Assembly: GCA_041651035.1 (NCBI GenBank) | Contig: JBAZKC010000003.1 | Coordinates: forward strand, 69,153 to 133,152 | Direction of reading: 5' to 3' | DNA from: Candidatus Omnitrophota bacterium | GTDB lineage: Bacteria; Omnitrophota; Gorgyraeia; Gygaellales; Profunditerraquicolaceae | Length of the DNA: 64,000 bases | In this document: in pieces, positions 33,325 to 42,538 of the stretch | Layout of the letters: each line of letters begins with the position of its first letter | How positions within the stretch are numbered: position 1 is the first letter of the stretch | Position numbers and translations under genes: made by a program | Notes under the pieces: generated by a model | Told to the model about the DNA's origin: nothing | Database searches by the model: none | Seen by the model: the letters and a program-made list of their open reading frames with translations, nothing else

Positions 33325-33398
33325 TAGGTAGTAGATAGGGATTAGGGTTTTACCTACATACTACCTACTACCTACTACATACTACCTACTGTAATATT
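33325..33398. repeat. TACCTAC heptamer microsatellite with flanking inverted copy (imperfect long hairpin)
   Basis: GTAGGTAGTAGATAG ... TACCTACATACTACCTACTACCTACTACATACTACCTACT. At least 4 TACCTAC units. The 5' GTAGGTAGTAG is the reverse complement. Confidence 0.6.
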
Positions 33399-34103
33399 AT
33401 GCGTATCGATATTATTACAATATTCCCAAAGATGTTTAAGCCTGTGCTGAATGAGTCTATAGTAAAACGGGCGCAAAATAAAGGCAAGGTAGAATTCCGC
33501 GTCCATGACTTAAGGCGCTATTCCAGCGATAAGCATAAAAAGGTTGATGACCGCCCTTTCGGCGGAGGTTCCGGTATGGTGATGGGGCCTGGGCCTATAT
33601 TTAACGCGGTTAAGCATATTAAACGGCTTTCTTCCTCGGGCCGTCCGCGGGTGATCTTGCTCTGCCCCCAGGGCAGGAAATTAGACCAAAAAACAGTAAG
33701 AAGCCTGGCTAAACACAAACACCTGGTTTTAATATGCGGGCATTACGAAGGCGTAGACGAGAGAGTCAGGCGGCGCCTTGTGGATGAAGAGATATCTGTT
33801 GGCGATTATATCCTGACCGGAGGAGAATTGCCGGCAATGGTTTTGATCGACTCTATTACGCGGCTTATACCCGGAGTCCTGGGTGATAAAAATTCCTTGA
33901 ATTTTGAATCATTCGAAGGTAATCTATTAGAATACCCTCATTATACAAGGCCCGCGGATTTTAAGGGTATGCGCGTGCCGGAGGTTCTTTTATCCGGAGA
34001 CCATAAGAAAATAGAGGCCTGGAGAGCTAAGGAAGCTTTAAAGAGGACAAAACAAAGAAGACCGGATCTTCTACAACGTGGAAACGATAGAAAGGAGAAA
34101 TAA
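33399..34103 (+). CDS. trmD: tRNA (guanine37-N1)-methyltransferase
   Basis: Typical TrmD N-terminus [10 protein letters not shown] and GHYEGVDER motif. Confidence 0.95.
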   Translation: MRIDIITIFPKMFKPVLNESIVKRAQNKGKVEFRVHDLRRYSSDKHKKVDDRPFGGGSGMVMGPGPIFNAVKHIKRLSSSGRPRVILLCPQGRKLDQKTVRSLAKHKHLVLICGHYEGVDERVRRRLVDEEISVGDYILTGGELPAMVLIDSITRLIPGVLGDKNSLNFESFEGNLLEYPHYTRPADFKGMRVPEVLLSGDHKKIEAWRAKEALKRTKQRRPDLLQRGNDRKEK

Positions 34104-34106
34104 ATA

Positions 34107-34463
34107 ATGGACAAGCTCAAGCTTATTGAACAGGAATATGCTAAAAAAGAGGTGCCGCAGTTTGGCGTGGGCGACACGGTAAAGGTTTTGGTCAGAATAC
34201 CCGAGAGCCCTGATAAAATACGCCTGCATCCTTTTGAAGGGGTGGTTATCGTAAAACAAGGCAGCGGGGTAAAGCAGAGTTTTACGGTGAGGAAAATTTC
34301 CTACGGTGAGGGTATCGAACGTGTCTTTCTTGTGTATTCGCCAAGCATTGAACGCATCGAAGTCATACGTTCGGGCAAGGTAAAGAAAGCCAAGCTTTAT
34401 TATTTAAGAGGCAAGGTTGGAAAGCAAGCTACAAAGATCGAGGCCAGGGAAGAAAAAGAATAA
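34107..34463 (+). CDS. rplS: 50S ribosomal protein L19
   Basis: 118 aa. FGVGDTVKV ... KQSFTVRKISYGEGIERVF. Confidence 0.95.
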   Translation: MDKLKLIEQEYAKKEVPQFGVGDTVKVLVRIPESPDKIRLHPFEGVVIVKQGSGVKQSFTVRKISYGEGIERVFLVYSPSIERIEVIRSGKVKKAKLYYLRGKVGKQATKIEAREEKE

Positions 34464-34468
34464 ATTCC

Positions 34469-35071
34469 GTGCTCTATTACGAGAAAAAGCTGAAGAAGAA
34501 AGGTTTTGACCTGATCATCGGAGTTGATGAGGCAGGCAGGGGGCCCTTGGCAGGGCCTGTGGTAGCGGCGGCAGTGGCATTAAATACCTACCTCTTTAAG
34601 AACCGCATAGATGACTCGAAGAAATTAACCTCCTTAAGCCGGGAGAAAGCGTTCCCGGAGATTATCGATAAATCTGAATTTGGCGTCGGCGTAGTAAATG
34701 AAAAAGTGATCGACCGCGTGAATATCCTGGAGGCTACGCGCATAGCCATGCGGCAGGCAATCGCCTCCCTGTTAGGTAAATTATCTCCTTCTAAAACCCG
34801 GCGCATACATGTTATTGTGGATGGTAATTTAACCCTGGATATCTCCTTGCCATATACCAGTATTATAAAAGGAGACGGCAAGTCCAAGAGTATCGCCTGC
34901 GCTTCCATCCTGGCTAAAGTCATCCGGGACCGGATCATGAAAGCATACGACAAACTATATCCGGAATACGGATTCATCAGGCATAAAGGCTACCCTACAA
35001 ATATGCACAGGGCAGTGTTAAAGAGGATAGGGCCGTCTCTGATCCATAGAAAAAGCTTTTGCGGTGTCTAA
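34469..35071 (+). CDS. rnhB: ribonuclease HII
   Basis: Active-site motif GVDEAGRGPLAGPVVAAAV. Confidence 0.9.
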   Translation: MLYYEKKLKKKGFDLIIGVDEAGRGPLAGPVVAAAVALNTYLFKNRIDDSKKLTSLSREKAFPEIIDKSEFGVGVVNEKVIDRVNILEATRIAMRQAIASLLGKLSPSKTRRIHVIVDGNLTLDISLPYTSIIKGDGKSKSIACASILAKVIRDRIMKAYDKLYPEYGFIRHKGYPTNMHRAVLKRIGPSLIHRKSFCGV

Positions 35072-35444
35072 ACAAAACCTGTATTTGGGTAAAACCGGAG
35101 AAGATCTGGCCGTGGGTTTCTTAAGAGAATCCGGTTATAAGATCATAGCCAGGAATTATAAGACCAGGTTAGGTGAAATAGATATTGTAGCCCGGGAAAA
35201 AGGCGTAGTGTGTTTTGTTGAGGTAAAGACCCGAAGTTCTGATAGGTTTGGGCTTCCCCAGGAAGCGGTTTTAAGAAGCAAGCAGAGGCAGATCTCTAAA
35301 GCGGCGCTTGAATTCCTTAAAAATAATGATCTATTAGGCCAGAGCGCTAGATTTGATGTTGTCTCTGTGGTGTTGGCAGCAGAAGGGCAAAAAATAGATC
35401 TGATCAGGAATGCCTTTGAATTAGACAGGAGTTTTACTTATTAA
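35064..35444 (+). CDS. YraN-family (UPF0102) endonuclease
   Basis: GEDLAVGFLRESGYKIIARNYKTRLGEIDIVA ... CFVEVKTR. Confidence 0.75.
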   Translation: MSKQNLYLGKTGEDLAVGFLRESGYKIIARNYKTRLGEIDIVAREKGVVCFVEVKTRSSDRFGLPQEAVLRSKQRQISKAALEFLKNNDLLGQSARFDVVSVVLAAEGQKIDLIRNAFELDRSFTY

Positions 35445-35448
35445 AAAG

Positions 35449-37143
35449 ATGCTTACAGATATAGAAATAGCCCAAAAGGCAAAAAGAGAACCTATAGAGG
35501 ATATCGCCGGGAAATTAAAGATAAGCAAGAAATATCTTATTCCTTACGGCCGGCATATCGCTAAGATAGATTTAGGTATCTTAGAAGAAATTAAGGCTAA
35601 ACCCCAGGGGAAATATATTCTCGTTACAGCGATCACGCCTACGCCATTAGGAGAAGGTAAGACTGTAACTACTATAGGGCTTTCTATGGCTTTGAATAAA
35701 CTGGGAAAACTGGCTTCCACATGTATCCGGCAGCCTTCTTTAGGCCCTGTATTCGGCATCAAAGGCGGTGCCGCGGGAGGCGGGTATTCCCAGGTTCTGC
35801 CCATGGAAGATTTTAATTTGCATTTTACAGGCGATGTGCATGCCGTAGGTATCGCCCATAATTTGACCGCCGCGTTCCTGGATAACGCTATATTTAAAGG
35901 CAACCGGTTGGATATCTACCCTGATACTATTACCTGGCGCAGGGTCGTGGACGTAAGCGACAGGTTTTTAAGAAATGTGCGCGTTGGTTTAGGCACTAAA
36001 GATGACGGGATCCCCCGCGATACGGGCTTTGATATTACAGTGGCTTCCGAGATCATGGCTATACTTGCTTTAAGCGATAATTTAAAAGACCTGCGCCAGC
36101 GTTTGGGCAGGATTGTCCTGGCTTATACTGTTGACGGCAGGCCAGTCAGTGCCGAGGACATAAAAGTAGCCGGCAGCATGAGCGCGCTTTTAAAAGACGC
36201 TATCAAGCCGAACCTGATACAGACTATTGAAAATACTCCTTGTTTTGTGCACGCGGGGCCTTTTGCTAATATCGCCCACGGGAATAATTCTATATTGGCG
36301 GATAGGATCGCCTTGGCCTTATCCGAGTATGTGGTTACCGAAGCCGGATTCGGGGCTGATTGCGGCGCGGAGAAATTTTTTGATATTAAATGCCGCGCGA
36401 GCGGACTGGTCCCTGACGCGGCGGTAATTGTTTGTTCTATCCGGGCCTTAAAGGCACATAGCGGAAAATTCCGGATAGTTGCCGGTAAACCCCTGGATGA
36501 AGGGCTCATGAAAGAAAACATCCCGGCGATACAGGAAGGCCTGTGTAATTTAGCCAAGCAGATCGAAAATGTTAAGATCTTCGGTGTGCCTGTGGTAGTC
36601 GCGGTCAATGCTTTTAGCACCGATACCGGAAAAGAAATTGAATTCGTTAAGAAGGCGGCCCTGGAATTAGGCGCGGACGGCTGCGAAATAAGTGAAGTCT
36701 GGAAGAAGGGGTCAGAAGGCGGGTTGGATCTAGCCCGGGCAGTAATAAAAGCCGCCGCCTTACCCAAGAAATTTAAATTCCTTTATCCTTTGGATATGGC
36801 TATAAAAGATAAGATCAGGATCATTGCCGCTAAGATATATGGCGCCGCGGATGTAGAATATTCGGATCTGGCTGATGCCAAAATCAAGAAATACACCCAG
36901 ATGGGCTGGGATAAATTGCCTATTTGTATGGCTAAAACGCACCTGTCTCTGTCGCATGACCCCAACTTTAAGGGCCGGCCAAGAGATTTTGTCCTGCCTG
37001 TCAGGGATGTACGCGCCTCTATCGGCGCGGGATTCCTGTATCCGCTTTGCGGGGAAATGAAAACCATGCCGGGCCTGCCCACGCATCCTGTGGGAGAAGG
37101 TATTGACATTGACGGGCAAGGGGAGATCACAGGATTATCATGA
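35449..37143 (+). CDS. fhs: formate--tetrahydrofolate ligase
   Basis: LTDIEIAQ N-terminus, PTPLGEGKTVTTIGL, EAGFGADCGAEKF. 564 aa. Confidence 0.95.
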   Translation: MLTDIEIAQKAKREPIEDIAGKLKISKKYLIPYGRHIAKIDLGILEEIKAKPQGKYILVTAITPTPLGEGKTVTTIGLSMALNKLGKLASTCIRQPSLGPVFGIKGGAAGGGYSQVLPMEDFNLHFTGDVHAVGIAHNLTAAFLDNAIFKGNRLDIYPDTITWRRVVDVSDRFLRNVRVGLGTKDDGIPRDTGFDITVASEIMAILALSDNLKDLRQRLGRIVLAYTVDGRPVSAEDIKVAGSMSALLKDAIKPNLIQTIENTPCFVHAGPFANIAHGNNSILADRIALALSEYVVTEAGFGADCGAEKFFDIKCRASGLVPDAAVIVCSIRALKAHSGKFRIVAGKPLDEGLMKENIPAIQEGLCNLAKQIENVKIFGVPVVVAVNAFSTDTGKEIEFVKKAALELGADGCEISEVWKKGSEGGLDLARAVIKAAALPKKFKFLYPLDMAIKDKIRIIAAKIYGAADVEYSDLADAKIKKYTQMGWDKLPICMAKTHLSLSHDPNFKGRPRDFVLPVRDVRASIGAGFLYPLCGEMKTMPGLPTHPVGEGIDIDGQGEITGLS

Positions 37144-37703
37144 AATATAAAGACGGATCTTTAAAAAAATACCTGGATGACCTGTCAGCAAAGCTTCCCG
37201 CTCCGGGAGGCGGTTCAGCCGCGGCCCTGGGCGCGGCCTTGGGGGCATCTTTGATCAGTATGGTGGTCAATTTTACTTTAGGTAAGCCCCGTTATGCCAA
37301 ATATGAGAAAGAGTTAAAGAATATATTGGAGAAGTCAGAGAAATTAAGAAGCGAGTTTTTAAATTTAGTGGATATGGATGTCGTAGTTTATAAAAGCAAA
37401 AATATGAGAGGCTGCCTGGATATCCCTATTATGGTGGCCCGCCTCTGTTTTGAAGGGATAAAATTATGCCCCGTATTGATAAAAAAGGGGAATGAGGGAT
37501 TAATAAGCGATGTGGCAGTAGCGGCCGCGCTTTTAGAATCAGCCCTGGCTTCGGCGTATTTTAACGTGGAAATAAATTTAAAATGCCTGGGAGATAAAAA
37601 ACTGTCCCGAAGCGTAAGGAAAGAATTAGCGCGGAAGCTGGCCTTGGCCGGTAAAATGAGGCAAAAGACGGAGGAGAGAGTTGGCAAAATTATTAGAGGG
37701 TAA
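37140..37703 (+). CDS. fchA: methenyltetrahydrofolate cyclohydrolase / formiminotransferase-cyclodeaminase-family protein
   Basis: LPAPGGGSAAALGAALGASL cyclodeaminase-domain signature. 187 aa. Confidence 0.7.
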   Translation: MKYKDGSLKKYLDDLSAKLPAPGGGSAAALGAALGASLISMVVNFTLGKPRYAKYEKELKNILEKSEKLRSEFLNLVDMDVVVYKSKNMRGCLDIPIMVARLCFEGIKLCPVLIKKGNEGLISDVAVAAALLESALASAYFNVEINLKCLGDKKLSRSVRKELARKLALAGKMRQKTEERVGKIIRG

Positions 37704-38577
37704 GCCTGTCGCGCGGAATTTACAGGAGAAGATAAGGCTTGAGGTCTTGTCCTTTAAGAAAAAATTAATCCTGGCAAATATCCAGGTGGGCGATAATCCG
37801 GACGCCAGCGCCTACGGGGAATCACAGCGGAGGGCCGCGGAAAAATTAGGCATAGGCTACCGCCTGGAAAGATTAGGCCAGGATACCTCTGAGGAATCTT
37901 TAATAGAGCTTATTCAAAAATTAAGCTTAGATGGTTCTGTAACCGGCATAATTATCCAATTGCCGCTGCCTTCCCAGTTAGATTATAAAAGAATAAGCCA
38001 GTTTATTTCTCCGGAGAAAGATGTGGAAGGCGTGCATCCGGTTAATATAGGCAGGCTGCTGTTAGGAGAATCTGTTCCGCTTGCCAATGAAGGTAAAGGT
38101 GGCCGGGCCGTTGGCGGATTATCTTTGATGCCTTGTACACCCGCGGCAGTTATGGAGCTGTTAAAAGAAACAGGTATAGACCTTCATGGCAAGGAAGCCG
38201 TGGTAGTAGGCCGCAGCCAGATCGTAGGCAAGCCTTTGGCAATGATGTTGCTGGCTAAATCAGCCACAGTTACGATCTGCCATGGCGGGACATCTAAAGC
38301 TAAGAAGTTAGAAGAGCATATAAAGCGTGCTGAAGTTTTAATCGCGGCAGTAGGCAAGCCCGGCTTTATAAAAGGAAAATGGATCAAAAAAGGCGCCGTG
38401 GTGATAGATGTGGGTATAAACTACTTGGGAGATAAAATTGTAGGTGATGTGGAGTTTGAGGCAGCAGAAAAGCGCGCTTCCTGGATCACTCCTGTTCCCG
38501 GAGGAGTAGGGCCCTTGACAGTAACAATGCTGATGCGTAATTTAGTTACGGCGGCAAAATTACAGGGGCTGTCATGA
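37681..38577 (+). CDS. folD: bifunctional 5,10-methylene-THF dehydrogenase/5,10-methenyl-THF cyclohydrolase
   Basis: MAKLLEGKPVA N-terminus, VVVGRSQIVGKP, PVPGGVGP. Confidence 0.9.
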   Translation: MAKLLEGKPVARNLQEKIRLEVLSFKKKLILANIQVGDNPDASAYGESQRRAAEKLGIGYRLERLGQDTSEESLIELIQKLSLDGSVTGIIIQLPLPSQLDYKRISQFISPEKDVEGVHPVNIGRLLLGESVPLANEGKGGRAVGGLSLMPCTPAAVMELLKETGIDLHGKEAVVVGRSQIVGKPLAMMLLAKSATVTICHGGTSKAKKLEEHIKRAEVLIAAVGKPGFIKGKWIKKGAVVIDVGINYLGDKIVGDVEFEAAEKRASWITPVPGGVGPLTVTMLMRNLVTAAKLQGLS

Positions 38578-39443
38578 CTTTTAAAGAGAAGCTGCAATCA
38601 GGGAAATTCTTGGTTACTTCAGAGATCGGCCCGCCCAAAGGAATAGAAACCAAGGCAATATTGGAGAATGCCGAACTTATCCGCGGCAGGGTTGACGCGA
38701 TGAATGTTACTGACCTGCAGAGTTCAATGCTGCGGTTAGGTTCTTTGGCGGTATGCGCGCTCTTAAAACAAAAAGGTTTTGAGCCGATATTACAGGTTAC
38801 CTGCCGTGACAGGAACCGCCTCGCGCTGCAATCCGATATATTGTCAGCGGCATCCCTGGGGATAGGAAACCTGCTTATCTTAACCGGAGACCATCCCGCG
38901 CTAGGAGACCATCCTGAAGCAAAGCCGGTGTTTGACCTGGATTCAGTGCAGCTTTTACAGGCCGCGCGGAAACTTCAGGAAGGTTCTGACATGAATGGCA
39001 ATAAATTAGAGGGGGCTTCGCCAAAATTCTGCATGGGGGCGGTAATTAACCCCGGCGCAGACCCCATAGAGCCGCAGATAATTAAAATGGAAAAGAAGAT
39101 TGCTGCCGGCGCTGAGTTTTTCCAGACGCAGCCGGTCTATGATATAAAGGCCTTTCTAGGTTTCTTAAATAAGATAAAACACTTGAAAACCGTTATATTA
39201 GCGGGGGTGGTTATTCTAAAGTCCGCCGATATGGCAAGGTATATGAATAAAAATATCCCGGGAGTATTCGTGCCCGATAACCTGATAAAAGAAATGGAAG
39301 AGGCCAAAAACAGGACGGAGAAATCAATAGAGATCGCCGCCCGGCTGATAAAAGAGTTAAAAGGTGCCTGTCAGGGTGTCCATATTATGCCCATCGGCCA
39401 GGATAAAATTCTTCCTCGCCTCCTGGATGCCTCCGGACTATAA
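38574..39443 (+). CDS. metF: 5,10-methylenetetrahydrofolate reductase (short acetogen-type MetF)
   Basis: TSEIGPPKG ... ILQVTCRDRNR ... LILTGDHP motifs. 289 aa. Confidence 0.8.
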   Translation: MTFKEKLQSGKFLVTSEIGPPKGIETKAILENAELIRGRVDAMNVTDLQSSMLRLGSLAVCALLKQKGFEPILQVTCRDRNRLALQSDILSAASLGIGNLLILTGDHPALGDHPEAKPVFDLDSVQLLQAARKLQEGSDMNGNKLEGASPKFCMGAVINPGADPIEPQIIKMEKKIAAGAEFFQTQPVYDIKAFLGFLNKIKHLKTVILAGVVILKSADMARYMNKNIPGVFVPDNLIKEMEEAKNRTEKSIEIAARLIKELKGACQGVHIMPIGQDKILPRLLDASGL

Positions 39444-39445
39444 CA

Positions 39446-42400
39446 ATGGCTAAAATACTTATCATTGGTAATTCCGCGGCGGGTTTTTCCACCTGCGAAA
39501 ATCTGCTTAAGGGATCTCCTGCCCAGGAAATAACCGTTATCTCTAAAGAAGAATATCCGGCGTATAAAAGGTACTTGCTTGCCGATTATTTAAGCGGATC
39601 GGTAAAGGATGATGAGCTTTTTTTATGCGGCGCGGATTATTATAAGAAAAATAATATAAATTTCCTGCCCGGATCAGAGGTGGAGAGGCTAGATACCAGG
39701 AAACAGAGGATAATTTTAAAAGGCAATACTAAGATCAATTATGATTATCTGGTTATTGCCTCAGGCTCAGTGATCAAACTTCCTGATATACCCGGTAAGG
39801 CCAAAGACGGAGTAGTGGCTTTTTATACGCTAAAAGACGCAAAGCTGGTTAAAGATAAATTGATGCTCGCTCAGACTGTATGTGTTATAGGACAGGATGA
39901 GGCGGCTTTAAAGATCGCTGAGGCAGCCGCGCTAAGAGGTAAAGAGGTCAAGATCGTCGCTTACGCGGATTTTGTTTATCATGGCCAGAATGACAAAATA
40001 GAGTTAATTTCCGGAGCGCAGCCGCAGGAATTTATAGGAGAAGGAGCTTTGCAGGCGTTGAAATTAAGCAGCGGTAAGGTTATCGGGACTAACCTGGTAT
40101 TAGTAGCCGGAGGCCGCATCCCTTCGACAGGTTTCTTAAAAGAGTCAGATATAAAAACCGATCAGGGTTATATTATAGTAGATGATAATATGCGCACGAA
40201 CCTTAAAAACGTGTTTGCCTGCGGCAGCGTTTGTAAAAAAGAAGGTTCTCCGGCAGCAGAAAAGACCTGGGAAGAATCTGTTCGTGAGGGAACTTTGGCC
40301 AGCCGGCATTTGATCAATCTGCTGGAAGGAAAAAGCGAAGGTGCTATGTCATTAGATGATTTAATTCAGCTTGCCGCTACAGGCAGGCAGGCAATATTAA
40401 AAGCCGCCCAAGATGCCGTAGAGGCGGCGATAAAAGAGAAAGGCGCCAGCCATAACATAGGATTTCCGGAAACTAATTATTATCTGCCTTTGATAAACGC
40501 GTTATTAAAATTAGAGGTCAAAGATTTAGGCGGATGCCTGGAGTCTTTAAAACAGATCAAGGACTTAGGCGATAATAAAGCAGCTCCTGGCAGCCTCAAC
40601 GTCGATTCTTTAGGCGGCCTGCTTAACCAGGGATTAGCAACTCTTCTTTGCGAAGAGATCTTAGCGGCGCTTAAATATTCAAATAAAGAGCATCCGCGGG
40701 AGAATTATGCCGGATTCCTGCCGGATACATTATTAAGGTCGCTGGGTATCCAGCTTGTAGATGGCAGGATAGCCGGTATTGCCGTAATATTAGGCGCGGC
40801 TCCTGATGAAGATTCGGCAGTGCGCCTGATAAGGGATTTCCAAAGCAGGAGCATCGTGAGTATCCTGGCGGGGAATATAGACGGCAGGAGCCTGAAGAAG
40901 CAGTTAGAGAGCAAAAATATAGAAATAGGTTTGGATAATTATATAGTGGCTTTAGGCGAAGATTACCTATCCGCGATTTACGCGGTCAACTGGGCGGTAA
41001 GGGCGCCGTTAATGTATGGCGGGATAAAAAGCGGGCAGTGGGGAGACATTCTCAAATACACCCGGCAGAAAGTCCCCGCGTTTGTCCTGCTCCTGGGGCA
41101 TGTAGACGAGGTTTTAGCGGCTACGGGCCTGGGGGCTTTAGCCATGGGTTTTCCTATTATTACAGATTTAGATATTCCCCAGCTGGGCAAGATCGATACT
41201 ACTTTATTTGAAGCCCTGGTCACGGAAAAGGATTATACGAAACTGGCGGCAAAATGCATAGAGATAAGAGGGCTTAAGGTAAAGATCACCCGCGTTCCCG
41301 TGCCGGTACCTTACGCGGCGGCATTTGAAGGCGAGCGTGTCAGGAAAGAACAATTGCATGCTGAGTTCGGAGGAAAGAGCAGCACGGCTTTTGAATATTT
41401 GACTACTAAAGAAACCGGCGCGGTTGAAGACGGTAAGGTAGAATTGATAGGCCCGGATATAGATTGCCTTGAAAAAGGCAGTAAGTCTATGCCGCTGGCG
41501 ATAGTAGTTGAGGTAGCCGGACGCAAGATGCAAAAGGATTTTGAGCCTATCCTGGAACGCCAGATACACCGTTTTATGAATTACGCTATGGGCCTGATGC
41601 ATATCGGCCAGCGCGATATGAACTGGATCAGGATAAGTAAAGATGCCTTTAATAAGGGCTTCAGGCTAAAACATATCGGCGTGATACTGCACGCCATGTT
41701 ACATCAGGAATACGGCGCTATCGTGGACAAAGTGCAGGTCAGGCTTTATACGCGGCAAGCTGACCTGGAGGGATTATTAGCCGGAGTAAAGAAGGTTTAT
41801 GATGAGCGCGATGAACGCATAAGCGGCATGGTAGATGAGAGCGTGGATACGTTTTATTCGTGTTTATTATGCCAGTCATTTGCCCCTAATCACGTTTGCG
41901 TTGTTACGCCTGAACGCTTAGGATTATGCGGCGCGTATTCCTGGCTGGACGCGAAAGCCTCTTTTGAGATCACTCCTACAGGGCCGAATCAACCCATAAT
42001 AAAAGGCCCTATACGCGATGAGAGGTTGGGCCAGTGGGATAATATCAACGAATTCGTGGCACAGAAGTCCAATAAGACTGTTGAGAGTGTGAGCATGTAT
42101 TCACTAATGGTAGCTCCCCAGTCTTCCTGCGGTTGTTTTGAGTGTATCGTCGCGATAATCCCGGAGGCAAACGGGGTGATGGTTGTGCACCGCGATCATT
42201 CGGGCCAGACGCCATGCGGGATGACCTTTACCGCTTTAGCCGGATCGGTAGGCGGAGGGATCCAGACTCCGGGTTTCCTGGGTGTGGGCAAATTATATAT
42301 ATTAAGCAAGAAATTTATCTTGGCTGAGGGCGGCCTTAAACGCGTTGTCTGGATGCCTAAGGAATTAAAAGAGGCCCTAGGTGATAAATTGAAGAAACGG

Positions 42401-42532
42401 GCGGAAGAGCTGGGAAGCCCGGATCTGATTGATAAGATCGCGGACGAAACCATAGCTACGACAACAGAGGATTTGCTAAGGTTCCTGGAAAAAGTAAGCC
42501 ATCCCGCCCTGGGTATGGAACCGATAATGTAA
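39446..42532 (+). CDS. fusion protein: N-terminal FAD-type pyridine nucleotide-disulfide oxidoreductase-like domain (~300 aa) + full-length bacterial acetyl-CoA synthase (AcsB, CODH/ACS beta subunit, ~728 aa)
   Basis: N-terminus KILIIGNSAAG..YPAYKRYLL (FAD Rossmann, ferredoxin-reductase/NirB-like). C-terminal 728 aa carry AcsB motifs GFPETNYYLPLI, GRKMQKDFEPILERQIHRFMNY, A-cluster cysteines CLLCQSFAPNHVCVVTPERLGLCGAYSWLDAKASFEI and SSCGCFEC, and C-terminus IDKIADETIATT..HPALGMEPIM. Confidence 0.8.
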   Translation: MAKILIIGNSAAGFSTCENLLKGSPAQEITVISKEEYPAYKRYLLADYLSGSVKDDELFLCGADYYKKNNINFLPGSEVERLDTRKQRIILKGNTKINYDYLVIASGSVIKLPDIPGKAKDGVVAFYTLKDAKLVKDKLMLAQTVCVIGQDEAALKIAEAAALRGKEVKIVAYADFVYHGQNDKIELISGAQPQEFIGEGALQALKLSSGKVIGTNLVLVAGGRIPSTGFLKESDIKTDQGYIIVDDNMRTNLKNVFACGSVCKKEGSPAAEKTWEESVREGTLASRHLINLLEGKSEGAMSLDDLIQLAATGRQAILKAAQDAVEAAIKEKGASHNIGFPETNYYLPLINALLKLEVKDLGGCLESLKQIKDLGDNKAAPGSLNVDSLGGLLNQGLATLLCEEILAALKYSNKEHPRENYAGFLPDTLLRSLGIQLVDGRIAGIAVILGAAPDEDSAVRLIRDFQSRSIVSILAGNIDGRSLKKQLESKNIEIGLDNYIVALGEDYLSAIYAVNWAVRAPLMYGGIKSGQWGDILKYTRQKVPAFVLLLGHVDEVLAATGLGALAMGFPIITDLDIPQLGKIDTTLFEALVTEKDYTKLAAKCIEIRGLKVKITRVPVPVPYAAAFEGERVRKEQLHAEFGGKSSTAFEYLTTKETGAVEDGKVELIGPDIDCLEKGSKSMPLAIVVEVAGRKMQKDFEPILERQIHRFMNYAMGLMHIGQRDMNWIRISKDAFNKGFRLKHIGVILHAMLHQEYGAIVDKVQVRLYTRQADLEGLLAGVKKVYDERDERISGMVDESVDTFYSCLLCQSFAPNHVCVVTPERLGLCGAYSWLDAKASFEITPTGPNQPIIKGPIRDERLGQWDNINEFVAQKSNKTVESVSMYSLMVAPQSSCGCFECIVAIIPEANGVMVVHRDHSGQTPCGMTFTALAGSVGGGIQTPGFLGVGKLYILSKKFILAEGGLKRVVWMPKELKEALGDKLKKRAEELGSPDLIDKIADETIATTTEDLLRFLEKVSHPALGMEPIM

Positions 42533-42538
42533 TAGTAA

